28,220 bases of DNA. Source: Thermoproteota archaeon. GTDB taxonomy: Archaea; Korarchaeota; Korarchaeia; Korarchaeales; Korarchaeaceae. The notes below the pieces were generated by a model. It saw nothing but the letters and a program-made list of their open reading frames with translations, did no database searches and was not told where the DNA came from. The position numbers and the translations under genes were made by a program. Location of the stretch: the NCBI GenBank assembly GCA_027491435.1, contig JAOZFG010000025.1, forward strand, positions 1-28,220, read 5' to 3'. Positions 25,794 through 28,220 of this stretch are shown one piece after another. Position 1 is the stretch's first letter, and each line of letters begins with the position of its first letter.

Positions 25794-26942
25794 ATGCCGG
25801 CCAAGCCCCACGGAGGAAGGCTAGTCAGGAGGGTGGCCACCCCCTCCAGGAGGCAGAGGATCCTGGACTCGGCCCACGAGTTCAAGAAGTTACCCATAGA
25901 TGAGGAGAAGGCCGTCGACCTGGAAAACATAGCCATGGGCGTCTACAGCCCCCTGGAGGGCTTCATGTACTCCGACGACCTGGAGTCTGTCCTGGTGAGG
26001 ATGAGGCTCACCAACGACGTCCCCTGGACCCTCCCCATAATCCTGGACTTCAGGGAGGAGCAGCTAGCTGAGGTAAAGGAGGGGGACGAGGTCCTCCTAA
26101 CCCTTGAAGACAGGCCGTTGGCCCTGATGGAGGTGGAGGAGGTTTACGACCTGGATAACAGGGAGATAGCCCACCTGACCTTTAACACCTTGAGCCCTGA
26201 GCACCCGGGCGTAGTTAAGACCATGAAGCAGGGGGAGAAGGCCTTAGCTGGTAGGATCCTGCTAGTCAACAGGCCCCCCAACCCCTTCGAGAGGTACACC
26301 CTTTGGCCCGCCGAGACCAGGTTCCTCTTCAGGGAGAGGGGCTGGAAGACAGTTGTGGGATTTCAGACCAGGAACGCCCCCCATCTAGGCCACGAGGCCA
26401 TACAGAAAACGGCCTTAGCCATAGTGGACGGGCTCTTCATAAACCCGGTGATAGGGAAGAAGAAGAGGGGAGACTTCAGGGACGAGGTAATCCTGGAAGC
26501 CTATAAGGCGCTGATATCCAACTACTACCCCAGGGACACCGCTGTTCTAGCTGTGGTGAGGTACAACATGAGGTATGCAGGCCCTAGGGAGGCCATACAC
26601 CACGCAATAATGAGGAAGAACTTCGGCTGCACCCACTTCATAGTCGGGAGGGACCACGCCGGCGTCGGGAACTTCTACCCACCCTACGCTGCTCAAGAGA
26701 TCTTCAAGAAGTTCCCCGACCTGGGAATACAGCCCCTCTTCTTCAGGGAGTTCTTCTACTGTGAGAAGTGCGGTGGGCTAGCCAACGAGAAGACCTGTCC
26801 TCACGAGGAGAGGTACAGGACCAGGTTCAGCGGGACCAGGATAAGGGAGCTCCTCTCCAGGGGAGAGGTGCCCCCGGACAGGATGATGAGGCCTGAGGTG
26901 GCCCAGGCCATCCTTAATTTTGACAACCCGTTCGTGGTGTGA
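25794..26942 (+). CDS. sat: Sulfate adenylyltransferase (ATP sulfurylase)
   Basis: PHGG, YSPLEGFM, FQTRNAPHLGHE, MRYAGPREA, GRDHAGVG, CEKC..CPH. Confidence 0.98.
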   Translation: MPAKPHGGRLVRRVATPSRRQRILDSAHEFKKLPIDEEKAVDLENIAMGVYSPLEGFMYSDDLESVLVRMRLTNDVPWTLPIILDFREEQLAEVKEGDEVLLTLEDRPLALMEVEEVYDLDNREIAHLTFNTLSPEHPGVVKTMKQGEKALAGRILLVNRPPNPFERYTLWPAETRFLFRERGWKTVVGFQTRNAPHLGHEAIQKTALAIVDGLFINPVIGKKKRGDFRDEVILEAYKALISNYYPRDTAVLAVVRYNMRYAGPREAIHHAIMRKNFGCTHFIVGRDHAGVGNFYPPYAAQEIFKKFPDLGIQPLFFREFFYCEKCGGLANEKTCPHEERYRTRFSGTRIRELLSRGEVPPDRMMRPEVAQAILNFDNPFVV

Positions 26943-26945
26943 GAG

Positions 26946-28220
26946 ATGAGGCTGCTGGTAATAGGTTTAGACTCCGCCCCCCCTTCCCTGCTCTTCGACA
27001 GGTACCTGGACGTGATGCCCAACCTAGCTGAGATGCTGGACTCCTCGCTGCACGGCCCCCTCAGAACTTGTCACCCGCCCATAACCGTGCCTGCCTGGGC
27101 GGTGATGGCCACCGGAAAGACCCCGGGAGAGCTGGGCATCTACGGCTTCAGGCACAGGAGGCCTGGGGACTACCAGGACTACTACATAGTCACGAGCAGG
27201 GATGTAAGGGAGCCCTTCGTCTGGGACCTGCTGGCTGAAAGGGGGTACAGGTCCCTCCTAACTTTCTTCCCCCCTTCCTACCCTCCGATGCAGGTGAAGG
27301 GCTGGCTGATAAGCGACTTCCACACGCCCAGCGACGCTAAGAATTACACCTTCCCCCCCTGGCTGAGGCTGGAGGTGGAAAGGCTGCTGGGCAGGAGGCC
27401 AACCTTCGACGTCAAGTTCAGGGTGGAGGACAGGAAGCCCCTGGAGAGGCAGCTCTTCGCCATGACCGAGGAGCACTTCCTCCTCCTAGAGCGCCTCCTG
27501 AAGAAGGACTGGGATCTGGCCTGGCACGTGGAGATAGGGCTCGACAGGTTGCATCACGCCTTCTGGAAGTTCTTCGATCCATCTCACCCCAGGCACCCCG
27601 GGGAGAACGAGTTTCAGGACGTAGCTGAGAGGTATTACGCCCTGCTGGATGAGCTAATAGCTAGGGTCAGGAGGGCGGCTGGAAATCCCCTAACCCTCGT
27701 GGTGTCAGACCACGGGGCCAAGGCCATGGAGGGGGCCTTCGTGATAAACCAGTGGCTGGAGGAGGTGGGGCTGCTCACCTTCAAGGAGAGGCCCCAGCAG
27801 CAGACCAGGTTCGAGAGGGCCAAGGTGGACTGGGAGCGCACCAAGGCCTGGGGGTGGGGGGGCTACTACGCAAGGCTCTTCGTCAACCTGAAGGGGAGGG
27901 AGCCCCAGGGAGTCGTCAGCCAGGAGGACTACCAGTCCTTCCTGGGAGAGCTGAAGGACCTGCTAAAGGGGGTTACAAAGCCCGACGGCTCCCTGATGGG
28001 GGTGGAGGCCTACACGCCCCAAGAGCTCTACCCGGAGGTCAGGGGCGATTATCCAGACCTGATGGTCTACCTGGGCGACCTCTCATGGCGCTCAGCTGGC
28101 ACGGTGGGCCATCCCACCACATTCCTGGAGGAGAACGACACGGGGCCCGACGACGCGGTCCACGACTGGGAAGGTGTTTACCTGCTCCACGACCCAGAGG
28201 GGAGGTTCTCTGGGGAGAGG
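26946..28220 (+). CDS. Alkaline phosphatase superfamily phosphodiesterase/nucleotide pyrophosphatase-like protein (3'-truncated by window)
   Basis: Absent from the ORF track because it has no stop in the window. MRLLVIGLDSA..PPITVPAW..TGKTPG, DRLHHAFW, VSDHG, GPDDAVH. Confidence 0.9.
   Translation, partial: MRLLVIGLDSAPPSLLFDRYLDVMPNLAEMLDSSLHGPLRTCHPPITVPAWAVMATGKTPGELGIYGFRHRRPGDYQDYYIVTSRDVREPFVWDLLAERGYRSLLTFFPPSYPPMQVKGWLISDFHTPSDAKNYTFPPWLRLEVERLLGRRPTFDVKFRVEDRKPLERQLFAMTEEHFLLLERLLKKDWDLAWHVEIGLDRLHHAFWKFFDPSHPRHPGENEFQDVAERYYALLDELIARVRRAAGNPLTLVVSDHGAKAMEGAFVINQWLEEVGLLTFKERPQQQTRFERAKVDWERTKAWGWGGYYARLFVNLKGREPQGVVSQEDYQSFLGELKDLLKGVTKPDGSLMGVEAYTPQELYPEVRGDYPDLMVYLGDLSWRSAGTVGHPTTFLEENDTGPDDAVHDWEGVYLLHDPEGRFSGER

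Noticed and set aside
4311-27844. Numerous short antisense/alternate-frame ORFs in the track (Ser/Pro/Leu-rich)
   Set aside because: Shadows of well-supported genes on the opposite strand or frame.

Overview
GC-rich (AGG-Arg, GGAGGTG-type Shine-Dalgarno sites, TATA-box promoters) DNA typical of a thermophilic archaeon, probably TACK/Thermoproteota-like (inference). The left 10.8 kb is a CRISPR-Cas locus. It holds the end of a CRISPR array (24-bp repeat, transcribed on -) and an AT-rich leader containing a SECOND 3-repeat mini-array with a different 24-bp repeat, plus further spaced repeats and palindromes. A stand-alone cas6 is divergent from a tandem wHTH/Lrp-like regulator. A minus-strand type I operon follows: cas11-like, cas7, cas5, cas8-like, fused HD+helicase cas3, and an uncharacterised 499-aa wHTH-containing gene translationally coupled to cas3. 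No cas1/cas2/cas4 is seen in the window. The rest is mostly housekeeping: an APC permease, a saccharopine/lysine dehydrogenase, small membrane proteins, a metal ABC transporter with a NikR-like regulator and candidate operator, pyrF-E-B-I-K, an ArsR regulator, an AT-richer R-M cassette (intact methyltransferase, frameshifted endonuclease), sat, and a truncated AlkP-superfamily gene. Three genes appear to need non-canonical ATA/CTG starts. All calls come from reading motifs by eye; no database searches were run.
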